Below the pieces are notes generated by a model. That model was not told the origin of the DNA, searched no databases, and was given only the letters and a program-made list of their open reading frames with translations. A program made the position numbers and the translations under genes. Source: Candidatus Woesearchaeota archaeon (lineage in GTDB: Archaea > Nanobdellota > Nanobdellia > Woesearchaeales > GCA-2685855). Taken from it: a stretch of DNA of 64,000 nt. The stretch lies in assembly GCA_002685855.1 (NCBI GenBank), contig NYYS01000018.1, positions 12,859 through 76,858 on the forward strand. Reading direction: 5' to 3'. This document shows, one piece after another, positions 1 to 9,542 of the stretch (position 1 is its first letter; every line of letters starts with the position of its first letter).

Positions 1-681
1 GTCATCCACCATGACGGATTCATGAACTTCATCCAACGCGTAGCCATCTGGGATGAACAAGAAATCATCGACCTCTCAAAAAAAGTAAAAAACCCCAAAC
101 AAACACTCAACAAATCCAAAACAACCGGCCCGCTGATCGTCGTCGACCCTGTCCAGCCAGACAGAAACGCAGCCGCAGCACTATCCTTGGAAAAATTCAA
201 CCTCCTCAAACAAAGCGCAAAAGAATTCCTTGAAAACCCCTCAGAAAAATTCTTCACCATCCAACCACTCAACCCCGCACAACTCAAAAAAGAAGGCGCA
301 CACATCATCACAATAACACCCCTCGAAGGAAAAAAAGATGTTGTCGGAACAAAAATCATAAAAGTACTCAACCACCTCAGACAAAACCTCGCAGAACGCG
401 GCTTCACAATCACCGACTCAGGATTCGACATGAAACTCATCTACCTCTTTACAGAAGAACACAAAATCCCCCCAACATTCATCCACAAAGGACCCCCTAT
501 TGAACAAAAAAACCGAGCAGACGCCTTCAAAAAAAAATGGGGAAAAACAACCTATGAAAAAGAAGGAATCCTCTACACCAAACGAAAACGCGATTTCATC
601 CACGCAGCCGACTGCATCAAACACCACCTCAAAGACCCCTATGTAAAAGAACGACTCAAAAAATGCTCTCTGAAATCCTAA
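1..681 (+). CDS. 5'-truncated ORF running off window start; C-terminal part of a class I nucleotidyltransferase, possibly archaeal CCA-adding tRNA nucleotidyltransferase
   Basis: Reading frame is open from nt 1 (no stop before ATG at 22). Segment 'PLIVVDPVQPDRNAAAALS' resembles the conserved neck region of archaeal CCA enzymes. A/C-rich native codon usage. Confidence 0.4.
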   Translation, partial: VIHHDGFMNFIQRVAIWDEQEIIDLSKKVKNPKQTLNKSKTTGPLIVVDPVQPDRNAAAALSLEKFNLLKQSAKEFLENPSEKFFTIQPLNPAQLKKEGAHIITITPLEGKKDVVGTKIIKVLNHLRQNLAERGFTITDSGFDMKLIYLFTEEHKIPPTFIHKGPPIEQKNRADAFKKKWGKTTYEKEGILYTKRKRDFIHAADCIKHHLKDPYVKERLKKCSLKS

Positions 682-1163
682 AAACAAACGTCTTAGCAAT
701 CTTCGCACACCCCCTCCTCCAAATAATCATACTCACATTCCTCCCCTTCCTCGAACTCAGAGCAAGCATCCCCCACGGCATCCTCATCGCAAAACAACCC
801 TGGCTCCTCGTCTTCTTCACAGCAGTCATCACAAACATCATTCTAGGCCTGCTGCTCTACCTCGTCCTCGACAAACTCATAGAACTCCTCTGCAAAATCC
901 CCTTCATCAAAAAACTCTACACCGCCTACATCATAAAACTCCAAAAACGCATCCACACAACCGTAGAAAAATACGGAGAATGGGGACTCGCAATCTTCAT
1001 CGGAATTCCCCTCCCCGGCAGCGGCGTCTACTCAGGCGCACTCGGAGCAAAAATCCTCGGATTCACCTGGAAAGACTACACCATCGGCTGCATCCTCGGA
1101 GTCTTCATCGCAGGAATCGCAGTAACAATAATCACATTAGGAGGAAGTGCGATCTTCAGTTAA
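663..1163 (+). CDS. small integral membrane protein, putative small multidrug export family (COG2426-like)
   Basis: 166 aa, four hydrophobic helices with a Gly-rich C-terminal helix. Overlaps upstream stop by 19 nt. Confidence 0.5.
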   Translation: MLSEILKTNVLAIFAHPLLQIIILTFLPFLELRASIPHGILIAKQPWLLVFFTAVITNIILGLLLYLVLDKLIELLCKIPFIKKLYTAYIIKLQKRIHTTVEKYGEWGLAIFIGIPLPGSGVYSGALGAKILGFTWKDYTIGCILGVFIAGIAVTIITLGGSAIFS

Positions 1164-1234
1164 TATTACACCAGAATGTCCTATCTTACTATCGGCAACC
1201 CCATTTTTAGTCCATACCGATACAAAGGTTTATC

Positions 1235-2083
1235 TTAATACAAAACCCGCAACGCCTGCTTCTTCACCGTAACCACAACAGGAGTATGCCCACTAATCTC
1301 TGCATCCCGATGATACAACACCTTCCTCTTAGAACGAATCACAACATGCTTTGCCTTACAAGAAAAAACCCCCTCCATCTTCTGCGGCTTCCGCAACGCA
1401 GCACTCCCCAACCACCGAAACGCCTTAATCAGATTATCCGTCTGCACAACCACCACATCCAACTTCCCATCAGCATAATCAGGATCAGGAGTCAACTTCA
1501 ACACAGACCCATACGTAGGAAGATTCCCAACAACAACAAAATGCCCCTTCACACTCTTCCCATGATCCAAACAAACACTCATCTCCTCAGGCTTATACGC
1601 CTTCAATGTCTCCAACACTGCAAGATAATACGCACCCTCGCCAAACACCTTCTTGAATCGAGAACGCACCTTTGTCAAAGCCGAGGCATCAAAACCAACA
1701 CCAAGAGTCATAAAAAAACGCTTCTTATTCGCATACCCCACATCCATCTTCAAACTTCGCTCCTTGCAAATAGCCTTCGCAGCCTTCACAGCAAAACGGG
1801 AAATACCAAACTCACGCGCCAACACATTCGACGTACCCACAGGAACAATCCCTAACGTCTGCCCCTTCTTCAACCCATTAATAACCTCATTTACCGTCCC
1901 ATCCCCTCCCATCGCAATCACAATCTTCTCAGAACTCCTCCGCGTTTCCCTTGTAGCATCCAACGCCCCTCGCGTAATATACACACTTACCTCAAACCTC
2001 TCCTGCAACGCCTGAATAACCCCAAGAAGATTCGGCTTCAACTGTCCTGCATGAGGATTGTAGATAAGTTTTACCCTTTTCAT
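1235..2083 (-). CDS. diacylglycerol-kinase-family lipid kinase (DAGK_cat, YegS/BmrU-like)
   Basis: 'MKRVKLIYNPHAGQ' N-terminus and 'GGDGTVNEV' catalytic motif. ORF extends to 2128 but Met16 (2083) matches family starts. Stop is TAA. Confidence 0.7.
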   Translation of the reverse strand: MKRVKLIYNPHAGQLKPNLLGVIQALQERFEVSVYITRGALDATRETRRSSEKIVIAMGGDGTVNEVINGLKKGQTLGIVPVGTSNVLAREFGISRFAVKAAKAICKERSLKMDVGYANKKRFFMTLGVGFDASALTKVRSRFKKVFGEGAYYLAVLETLKAYKPEEMSVCLDHGKSVKGHFVVVGNLPTYGSVLKLTPDPDYADGKLDVVVVQTDNLIKAFRWLGSAALRKPQKMEGVFSCKAKHVVIRSKRKVLYHRDAEISGHTPVVVTVKKQALRVLY

Positions 2084-2173
2084 ACCCTTCAAGATAGACA
2101 GACCTATAAATGTTTTTCCACAACACAAAAAAGAAGAAAACTATTTAAAACCCTCCTCTTTTTCCTTTAGCTT

Positions 2174-3172
2174 ATGACCACAAAACCACTCCAAAAAACC
2201 TTTTTAAAAGCAGAATTCAACGACATCCTCGGCCAAAATGCCATAAAAGACGACGTCAAAAGCGCCCTCAGCGCAGGCAGACACATCATCCTCGTAGGCG
2301 CACCCGGAATCGGAAAAACAACCCTTGCAAAAAACATCGCAAAAACACTACCCACACTCGAACTCAACGACTGCGGATACAACTGCCTCCCCGACAAACC
2401 CATCTGCCCAAACTGCACCACAAACAAAAAAACACAAACAAAAAAGAACAACCCCCTCAACAGATTCATCAGAATCCAGGGAAGCCCCGACCTCACAGCC
2501 GAAGACCTCATCGGAGACATCGACCCCATCAAAGCACTCAAATACGGACCCCTCAGCATAGAAGCATTCACCCCAGGAAAAATATTCAAAGCAAATAATG
2601 GTGTTCTCTTCTTCGACGAACTCAACCGCTGCAACGAAAAACTCCAAAACACACTCCTCCAGGTACTCGAAGAAGGAAAAGCAACAATAGGCAGCTACAA
2701 CCTCGACTTCACAGCCGACTTCATCTTTGTAGGAACCATGAACCCCGAAGACTCCTCTACCGAACCACTCTCAGACGTTTTACTAGATCGGTTCGACATG
2801 ATCTACGTCCAATACCCAGAATCCCTTGAAATTGAACAACAAATCGTCCATCAACACGGCCTTAAAGCCATCGACTTCCCAGAAAAAATCCTGGTACGCG
2901 TCCTTACATTCATCAGAAACCTAAGAGCACACCCTGATGTAGAAAAAAAGCCCAGCGTCAGAGCAAGCCTCGGTCTTTACGAACGAGCACAAACCCACGC
3001 AATCCTCCAAGGGAAAAAAATCGTGGAAATGGAAGACGTCCTGGCCGTCCTCGTGTCTGTACTTGCACATAGGATAAGGCTCAAACACTCAGTTAAATAC
3101 CTGAAAAGTCCGGAAAACTTTATCCAGGCCGAGTTTGAGAGCTTTATCGCAGACACGGGAGGGTATCTTTGA
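2174..3172 (+). CDS. MoxR-family AAA+ ATPase with an unusual Cys4 insertion
   Basis: Walker A 'GAPGIGKTT' and Walker B 'LFFDELNR'. Insert 'CGYNCLPDKPICPNC' lies between them. TATA-like 'ctatttaaaa' ~25 nt upstream. Confidence 0.8.
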   Translation: MTTKPLQKTFLKAEFNDILGQNAIKDDVKSALSAGRHIILVGAPGIGKTTLAKNIAKTLPTLELNDCGYNCLPDKPICPNCTTNKKTQTKKNNPLNRFIRIQGSPDLTAEDLIGDIDPIKALKYGPLSIEAFTPGKIFKANNGVLFFDELNRCNEKLQNTLLQVLEEGKATIGSYNLDFTADFIFVGTMNPEDSSTEPLSDVLLDRFDMIYVQYPESLEIEQQIVHQHGLKAIDFPEKILVRVLTFIRNLRAHPDVEKKPSVRASLGLYERAQTHAILQGKKIVEMEDVLAVLVSVLAHRIRLKHSVKYLKSPENFIQAEFESFIADTGGYL

Positions 3173-4370
3173 CAGACAACCCGATACTGAAACCGAAACA
3201 GACGTTTCTATACAAAAAAAAGAAGCAATAGAAGAACTCACAGGCAATCTCGCCAAACAAAAAGACAAAGACGCCCTCATGAATTCTGTTCTTGAAAACG
3301 ACGAAGAATCAATCCAAGAAGGCAAAGTAATCTCAGACAGCATAAGCCAAGGCGTCGGCAGCTTCACACCCGACATCATGTTCGAAAAACTCGTCACTAA
3401 CTTCAAAGAAGCAAAAAAACTCTACGGAAAAACAATAATAAGAGAACTCTCAGGATACGACCCGAATTACATTGATAAAAACAGAAACATCCCCGAATTC
3501 AAACGACAACTCAAATCAGACATCGAAAACAACATAAAAAAATACCAGGAAAAAAAACTCATCGACGACGACTACATTGTCACAAATAAAGGACTCTTTC
3601 TCAGCAGCCTCGTTCTCTACATCGAAGAACTCGACAAACTCATCACAAGAGGGCAGGGAGAAAAAGAAATCAAAGAAAAACACGTCTACGGAGAAAAAGG
3701 CCCCATTATCCCCTTCAAAAAAGGACGCTATCGCGACATCGCCCTTCGTCCCAGCATCAAACTCGCCATCAGAAGAAACCACAAACAACTCCACCCATCC
3801 GACCTCAAATCACACGAACGACACAGAACAGGAAAGATCAACATCATCTACGCAGTCGACAGCAGCGGAAGCATGAAGGGAGAAAAACTCAAAGTCAGCA
3901 AAAAAGCAGGAATCGCACTCGCATTCAAAGCCATAGAAGAAAAAAACAAAGTCGGCCTCATCGTCTTTGAAAAAGAAGTAAGATACACCCTTCCACCCTC
4001 AAACAACTTCATTGAAATCATACAAGAACTTGCACGCGTCAGAGCAGGAAGCGAAACCGACTTCTCCAAAGTCCTTCATAAAAGCAGAGAACTCTTCCCC
4101 CAAACAAAAGAAACAAAACACCTCATATTCATCACAGACGCACTCCCAACAGCAGGAAAAGACCCCATCCAGGAAACACTCAAAGCAACCTCACAAGCAA
4201 GAGCAGCCGGAATCACTGTATCCATTATCGGAATCAAACTCGAAGAAGATGGACTCGCCCTCGCCCAAAAAATAACAGACATCGGAGCAGGACGCCTCCT
4301 CATCTGCAAAAACCTCGACGACCTAGACGCACTCGTACTCGAAGACTACACCTTAACAATGTCAGAATAA
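3135..4370 (+). CDS. von Willebrand factor A (VWA) domain protein, MoxR partner
   Basis: MIDAS motif 'AVDSSGSM' in C-terminal domain. Overlaps MoxR stop. Long K/E-rich N-terminal linker. Confidence 0.7.
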   Translation: MRALSQTREGIFDRQPDTETETDVSIQKKEAIEELTGNLAKQKDKDALMNSVLENDEESIQEGKVISDSISQGVGSFTPDIMFEKLVTNFKEAKKLYGKTIIRELSGYDPNYIDKNRNIPEFKRQLKSDIENNIKKYQEKKLIDDDYIVTNKGLFLSSLVLYIEELDKLITRGQGEKEIKEKHVYGEKGPIIPFKKGRYRDIALRPSIKLAIRRNHKQLHPSDLKSHERHRTGKINIIYAVDSSGSMKGEKLKVSKKAGIALAFKAIEEKNKVGLIVFEKEVRYTLPPSNNFIEIIQELARVRAGSETDFSKVLHKSRELFPQTKETKHLIFITDALPTAGKDPIQETLKATSQARAAGITVSIIGIKLEEDGLALAQKITDIGAGRLLICKNLDDLDALVLEDYTLTMSE

Positions 4371-5341
4371 AGAGGCAAAAAATGAACCTTATACACACTA
4401 TACAGATCCAGCTCCTCAGAATCCTTGATAATCGCCTCAAACTTCTCACGAAGATTCAACTCAATCTCCCGAAATATTGAACTATCCTTCATCTCACAAT
4501 CCAACTCAACATCCCAACTACCCAACGTTCGAACCATCCGAATAATATTTGGATGCTCCTTTGCAAACTGAAACAAACTCTGCTCCTTCTCAAAATCAGG
4601 ATTATGAAACGAAAGCAACAGCTTCCTCTGCGTCAACCCTGTCTTCTCCATATTCACAACAGGCTTCACCCCAAACAGGATCTCCTCCTTATGCAACCGC
4701 TTCAACCGAGAAACAACAGTCTTAGGATGTAACCCAAGGTTCCTTCCCAAAAACACAGAACTCGCCCGCGGATTCCTGTTTAACTCCTGCAACAAACCAA
4801 GATCCTTCAAATCATACACACCCTTTTCCCGATCACCACCAATAATAACTGTTTGTGACTCAGCACCTGTACGCTTTCTCAAAAGATGCTTCCGCGTATG
4901 AATCGACTGATAGATTGTCGTTAAAATCTGATAACTCTTAATCCTATCAGAAAACTGCTTCAACGCAGCATTAAACGTCTTGTTAAACTGAGATGGATTC
5001 CGACTAAAAAACCCCACAAGAAGATCCCACCTCCCTCCACAACTTGCAACATAGTTAACCTCATCCAACTTCACAAAATAGTCGACAATCTCCTTCAACT
5101 GCGTCTTATTCACATACACAATCTTCAAATACACCCGAAAATTCAACATCCCCAATCGCGCATAATCAATAACAGGAAAAAACCCCTGAACCTTCCCCGA
5201 ACCCAACATCTGCTGAAAATAATAATTCGCCAACTGTTGTGAAATCCGAAGCCGTTTCGCCATAAAAGAGATACTCCCCCGCGCATTCCGATCTAGCTGA
5301 ACAAGAAGCTTCACTTCAACCTTACTAAGATTATTCTTCAT
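4346..5341 (-). CDS. transcriptional regulator with two tandem Lrp/AsnC-like (HTH + RAM) modules
   Basis: Two repeats of HTH segment ('SISFMAKRLRISQQ' and 'SSVFLGRNLGLHPKTVVSRLKRL'), each followed by a RAM-like domain. Confidence 0.55.
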   Translation of the reverse strand: MKNNLSKVEVKLLVQLDRNARGSISFMAKRLRISQQLANYYFQQMLGSGKVQGFFPVIDYARLGMLNFRVYLKIVYVNKTQLKEIVDYFVKLDEVNYVASCGGRWDLLVGFFSRNPSQFNKTFNAALKQFSDRIKSYQILTTIYQSIHTRKHLLRKRTGAESQTVIIGGDREKGVYDLKDLGLLQELNRNPRASSVFLGRNLGLHPKTVVSRLKRLHKEEILFGVKPVVNMEKTGLTQRKLLLSFHNPDFEKEQSLFQFAKEHPNIIRMVRTLGSWDVELDCEMKDSSIFREIELNLREKFEAIIKDSEELDLYSVYKVHFLPLYSDIVKV

Positions 5342-5428
5342 TACTTTGTAAAAAAGTATATATTATTTTTAAAACTTGTCCTTTTTACTAAAAAAATACG
5401 CGTCCTCCCTTAAATACTCCCTCCTCCC

Positions 5429-5438
5429 TTTATAATAG
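5429..5438 (+). promoter_or_regulatory. archaeal TATA box (TTTATAATAG), ~30 nt upstream of the aspartate racemase ATG; leaderless-type promoter
   Basis: Sequence 'ccctTTATAATAGag' sits ~27-36 nt upstream of the ATG at 5465. Confidence 0.45.
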
Positions 5439-5464
5439 AGATAAAAAAGGTGTGGTGTCAGAAC

Positions 5465-6181
5465 ATGATAATAGGAATACTCGGCGGATTAGGACCAGAA
5501 GCAACCAAAGACCTCTATGAAAAAATAATCCAGACTACACCCGCCAAATGCGACCAGGACCACATCGAAATCATCATCTACAACAACCCAAAAATCCCCG
5601 ACCGAACACAAGCCATCCTCTACAACGGAGAAAACCCCCTCCCCCAACTCATCCACACAGCAAAAACCCTCGAAAAAGCCGGAGCAGAACTCATCGTCAT
5701 CCCCTGCAATACTGCACACTACTTCCTCGACAAACTCCAGCCTCGCACCCCTGTCCCCATCCTCAACATGATAGAAGAAACAGCAGCCTTTATCCACCAC
5801 AACTACCCCGACACAAAAAAAGTAGGCATCCTCGCAACCACCGGCACAATCAAAACCAACCTCTACCAGAAGACACTCCAAAACACAGGAATCATGCCCA
5901 TCACCCCGTCCACCTATGAACAGGAATCACTGATCATGGAAGCAATCTACGGAACACAAGGAATAAAAAGAGGAAAGAAAACCCAGCCCAGAAAACTCCT
6001 CCTTAAAGCAGCACAATCACTCACCCAGCAAGGAGCACAACTCATCATCCTCGGATGCACAGAGATCCCCCTCGCACTCAGACAAAAAGAGATCAGCTCA
6101 GTCCTCATCAATCCCGCAAACATCCTCGCAGAAAAAATCATTACACTAACACAAACAAAAAAACAAAAGGTGATAATCTAA
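5465..6181 (+). CDS. aspartate/glutamate racemase family (aspartate racemase)
   Basis: 'IGILGGLGPEAT', 'VIPCNTAHYF' and 'ILGCTEIPL' are two-Cys racemase signatures. Track ORF starts at a GTG (5450); the ATG at 5465 is more likely. Confidence 0.75.
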   Translation: MIIGILGGLGPEATKDLYEKIIQTTPAKCDQDHIEIIIYNNPKIPDRTQAILYNGENPLPQLIHTAKTLEKAGAELIVIPCNTAHYFLDKLQPRTPVPILNMIEETAAFIHHNYPDTKKVGILATTGTIKTNLYQKTLQNTGIMPITPSTYEQESLIMEAIYGTQGIKRGKKTQPRKLLLKAAQSLTQQGAQLIILGCTEIPLALRQKEISSVLINPANILAEKIITLTQTKKQKVII

Positions 6182-6182
6182 A

Positions 6183-7106
6183 ATGAAAGTTGCAATACTA
6201 CATCAGGATTTAGAATGGGGTGAAAGAGAAATCGCAAGACAATTACAACAAAAAGGTTTTACAGTCAACCTATTCGATGTGCGAACCACTTCCCTGGAAG
6301 ATCTTACACAAACAGAGGAACTCCCCTCCCTCGTCCTTAACAGAGTATATGCATCAGTAGCCAACAGAGACTACAGAGATAATATTAAAATATTAGACCT
6401 ATTACTATCCTTGGAACGTCTGGGAATACCTTGTATGAATTCGTACTATACCTCCCAGTTCGATTACAGCAAGTTCAAAGCAGCAAAAAGACTCAAAGAA
6501 GAAGGAGTCTCAACTCCAGAAACACTCTATGTAGGATGTTTGAATACTGAAACAAAAGATCGCATAACAGGATTTATAAAAAAATATGGCTTTCCTCTCA
6601 TAGTAAAAAGAGATATGGGTGGAAGAGGAAAAGATTTACAAAGAATTGAAAATGAACAATCTTTGTATACATTTTTAGAAAATAAATTTTCTCCAACAGC
6701 TCAGCATGAATATGCAGGCGGATTTGTAGTCCAGGAATTTTTAAAGCCCACAAGGCCATTTGATTGCAGACTAGCTGTTTTTGACGGAGAATTTGCATTT
6801 TCCTATGGCAGAACACTCATTTCCAGAGTAAATAACGGTGACGCGCCTTGGTTAGCAAGTGTAAAACTAGGTTCAAGAATGATCAATTACGATCCTACCC
6901 CCGAAGAAGTAGCTCTAGCTATTTCAGCCTCAAATGCAATTGGGGCTATTTTTAATGAAGTAGATATGACTCAAACAGAAAAAGGACCTGCTATTATAGA
7001 GAACAATCCCACACCAAACTACGACGAAACTGAAATAGATCGTGTAGCAAAAGCTGTAGATCTAATCGAAAAAACCTATTGTACTACAGAGGCAATCCTA
7101 AGATGA
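6183..7106 (+). CDS. RimK-type ATP-grasp ligase (alpha-L-glutamate / amino-acid ligase family)
   Basis: ATP-grasp fold motifs ('IVKRDMGGRGKD', 'VVQEFL...DCRLAVFDGE'). Abrupt shift to balanced base composition exactly at the start codon. Confidence 0.6.
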   Translation: MKVAILHQDLEWGEREIARQLQQKGFTVNLFDVRTTSLEDLTQTEELPSLVLNRVYASVANRDYRDNIKILDLLLSLERLGIPCMNSYYTSQFDYSKFKAAKRLKEEGVSTPETLYVGCLNTETKDRITGFIKKYGFPLIVKRDMGGRGKDLQRIENEQSLYTFLENKFSPTAQHEYAGGFVVQEFLKPTRPFDCRLAVFDGEFAFSYGRTLISRVNNGDAPWLASVKLGSRMINYDPTPEEVALAISASNAIGAIFNEVDMTQTEKGPAIIENNPTPNYDETEIDRVAKAVDLIEKTYCTTEAILR

Positions 7107-8032
7107 AAGGTGTTGTAAGTGTAAATTCTGATTTCCCTGCATATCTGGACGGAAGAGAAGAACTGGAATATTTTTCAACCAAAACACTCCTGTCTCGTTT
7201 TGTAACACGCGGAGACACAGTAGCAATCGTACATCCTGAAGATATTCAGAATCAGGAAAAGAAGGTGACCTTTAAAAAACTCTTTACCTTTCATCCACCC
7301 AATAGATTAGAGGAGGCAGATCCTTCGTCATTTCAGCAAGGAAATTTCTTTCTTGTACGACAATTCGGAGAAAACCTAGAGTCTGAAAAATTCGTACACC
7401 GATTTATCACCGCACTTTCCTGCCTGGAAAACCAGTTTTACTTAGTAATGAACACTGCATCTGCAACAAAGTACGAACTGAAAAATATCCAGAAAACATT
7501 AGACATACCTTTTATTCCAGCGTTTGACATAAACACCCCTGCAGATTTAGAATCAGTGGTGGCTTCTGGCGAAAAAATTATTGCAAAACCATTTACAGGA
7601 TTTATGGGAAGAGGTATAGAGTTTTTCGATTCAGTTGAAAGCGTATATCGCGTCTTTAACAACGGAAGAACACCTCAAGGATACTGCTTCGAAAGATATA
7701 TTCCTGCAACCATGGAAACAAGAATAGTTTTCATTGACGGATCAATCCCCTTTGCCAGACCACGAATGGTTGAAGGACCACCCGGAAAAGAAAAAGCAGC
7801 AGGATACTCTCTTACCCAGCCCACATCCAACCAACGTACAATAACACAGCAGGTCATAGAACAAACAGGAATGCAATTCGGTTCAGTTGACTTCAGAGGA
7901 GAATTCGTGCTAGAGATAAACGGCTCAGGTCTCGGCTTGGTTCCTCCGGCAAAGGTAAAGAACTACGATCAAATCCAACCCTACGATCTAACAAACGACC
8001 TAATCGACCTCATCAAAAGAAAAAGTCAGTAA
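7103..8032 (+). CDS. second ATP-grasp-like protein
   Basis: 'IAKPFTGFMGRGIEF' and 'YCFERYIP...ETRIVFIDG' resemble ATP-grasp B/C-domain motifs. ATGA start/stop overlap with the RimK-like gene. Confidence 0.45.
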   Translation: MKGVVSVNSDFPAYLDGREELEYFSTKTLLSRFVTRGDTVAIVHPEDIQNQEKKVTFKKLFTFHPPNRLEEADPSSFQQGNFFLVRQFGENLESEKFVHRFITALSCLENQFYLVMNTASATKYELKNIQKTLDIPFIPAFDINTPADLESVVASGEKIIAKPFTGFMGRGIEFFDSVESVYRVFNNGRTPQGYCFERYIPATMETRIVFIDGSIPFARPRMVEGPPGKEKAAGYSLTQPTSNQRTITQQVIEQTGMQFGSVDFRGEFVLEINGSGLGLVPPAKVKNYDQIQPYDLTNDLIDLIKRKSQ

Positions 8033-8033
8033 A

Positions 8034-8903
8034 ATGTCAAAAGAAAAGATCCAACTTATCGCACCATCACACCACATCTACCCAAAACACATAACAAACG
8101 CAATCTTTTCTTCAAAAAAACTCGGATACGATCTGAAATATTCTCCTTCTATTCACCAAAGAACTCTTTCCTTTGCCGGCTCACCTGAACGCAGAGCCAA
8201 CGAAATTCACCAAGCATTCAAAGATCCTGCGGTCATACTCATCTTGGCGGCCTGCGGTGGAAACGGATGTATAGAAATTTTACCTCATCTAGACTATAAA
8301 CTTATTAAAAAAAACCCAAAGCCAATAATTGGCTTCAGCGACATCTCTATACTATTAAATACTATAAATCAAAGATGCGGCCACATCATGATTCATGGTC
8401 CATCCCAAAAACACTCCTGGAAACATCTTAGTAAAGATGAACAAAAATCAATCATCAACTGCATTCACAAAAAATCATTCAAACAAACCTTTGAAAAAAA
8501 AGATATTCTTTTCCCCTCAACAAAAATCATTAAAGGAAAAACCTCTGGTGGATGTTTATCCCTTCTTGTCGATTCATTAGCAACACCTTACGAAATAAAA
8601 ACTAAGAACTCAATCCTTTTTTTGGAAGATGTGGATATAAAAGGAAGAAGACTTTACACTCTTCTCGTTCAATTAAAACTAGCAGGTAAGTTCCAAAAAG
8701 TAAAAGCAATCGTTCTTGGAAATTTTAAAAACTGTCTTCATGCCAAGCCCTATCTAACAAACTTTTTTAAGAATCTTACCCTTCCAACAGTTCATACCAG
8801 CCTATTTGGTCATGGAAAACTAAACCACGCCTTTCCCATAGGTGCACAGGCCGAGATCAATTTTGATAAAAAAGAGATTAGATATCACTTTAAAGCGCGG
8901 TAA
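8034..8903 (+). CDS. LD-carboxypeptidase (peptidase S66, MccF/LdcA family)
   Basis: 'IIGFSDISILL' nucleophile-Ser motif with family-typical length and layout. One base after the upstream stop. Confidence 0.6.
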   Translation: MSKEKIQLIAPSHHIYPKHITNAIFSSKKLGYDLKYSPSIHQRTLSFAGSPERRANEIHQAFKDPAVILILAACGGNGCIEILPHLDYKLIKKNPKPIIGFSDISILLNTINQRCGHIMIHGPSQKHSWKHLSKDEQKSIINCIHKKSFKQTFEKKDILFPSTKIIKGKTSGGCLSLLVDSLATPYEIKTKNSILFLEDVDIKGRRLYTLLVQLKLAGKFQKVKAIVLGNFKNCLHAKPYLTNFFKNLTLPTVHTSLFGHGKLNHAFPIGAQAEINFDKKEIRYHFKAR

Positions 8904-8957
8904 GGCCTTTCCGAACTTTTAAGTAACACATATAAACCATTTCTCCCCCCCACCTCC

Positions 8958-9542
8958 ATGAAAATCCTCGCATTCACAGACCTCCACGCCAGCAGAACCC
9001 ACCTCAAAGCCATCTACAAAAAAGCCGACAAGGCCGACATCATCGTCTGCTGCGGAGACTTCTCAGTATTCGAATCAGAAGCAGAACGCATCCTTGCCAT
9101 GTTAGGAAAGCTGAAAAAACCCGTCCTCATCATCCACGGAAACCATGAATCCGAAGAATACACAAAAAAAGTCGCAGAACAAAACAACCTCACCTTCCTC
9201 CACAAAGCATTCTTTGAACAGGACGGCTACGTCTTTGCAGGCTTTGGAGGCGGAGGATTCTCCATACAAGACCCTGAATTCGAACAATTCGGCCACACCA
9301 TCCAGCTCTACCCTAAAAAAAAGAAACTCATCCTCATCAGCCACGGCCCCCCAAAAGGCTGCAATCAGGACCTCATCGACAAAGACCACGTCGGCTGTAA
9401 ATCCCGAAGAGACATCATCAAAAAACTCAAACCTGACCTTGTCCTCTTCGGCCACATCCACGAAACATTCCACGTCCACGACAGATGGGATTCAACACTC
9501 CTGATCAACCCCGGCCCCGACGGAGAACTCATAGAACTCTAG
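8958..9542 (+). CDS. calcineurin-like metallophosphoesterase
   Basis: 'ILAFTDLH', 'IIVCCGDF' and 'IIHGNHES' metal-binding motifs. Native C/A-rich composition resumes. Confidence 0.7.
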   Translation: MKILAFTDLHASRTHLKAIYKKADKADIIVCCGDFSVFESEAERILAMLGKLKKPVLIIHGNHESEEYTKKVAEQNNLTFLHKAFFEQDGYVFAGFGGGGFSIQDPEFEQFGHTIQLYPKKKKLILISHGPPKGCNQDLIDKDHVGCKSRRDIIKKLKPDLVLFGHIHETFHVHDRWDSTLLINPGPDGELIEL

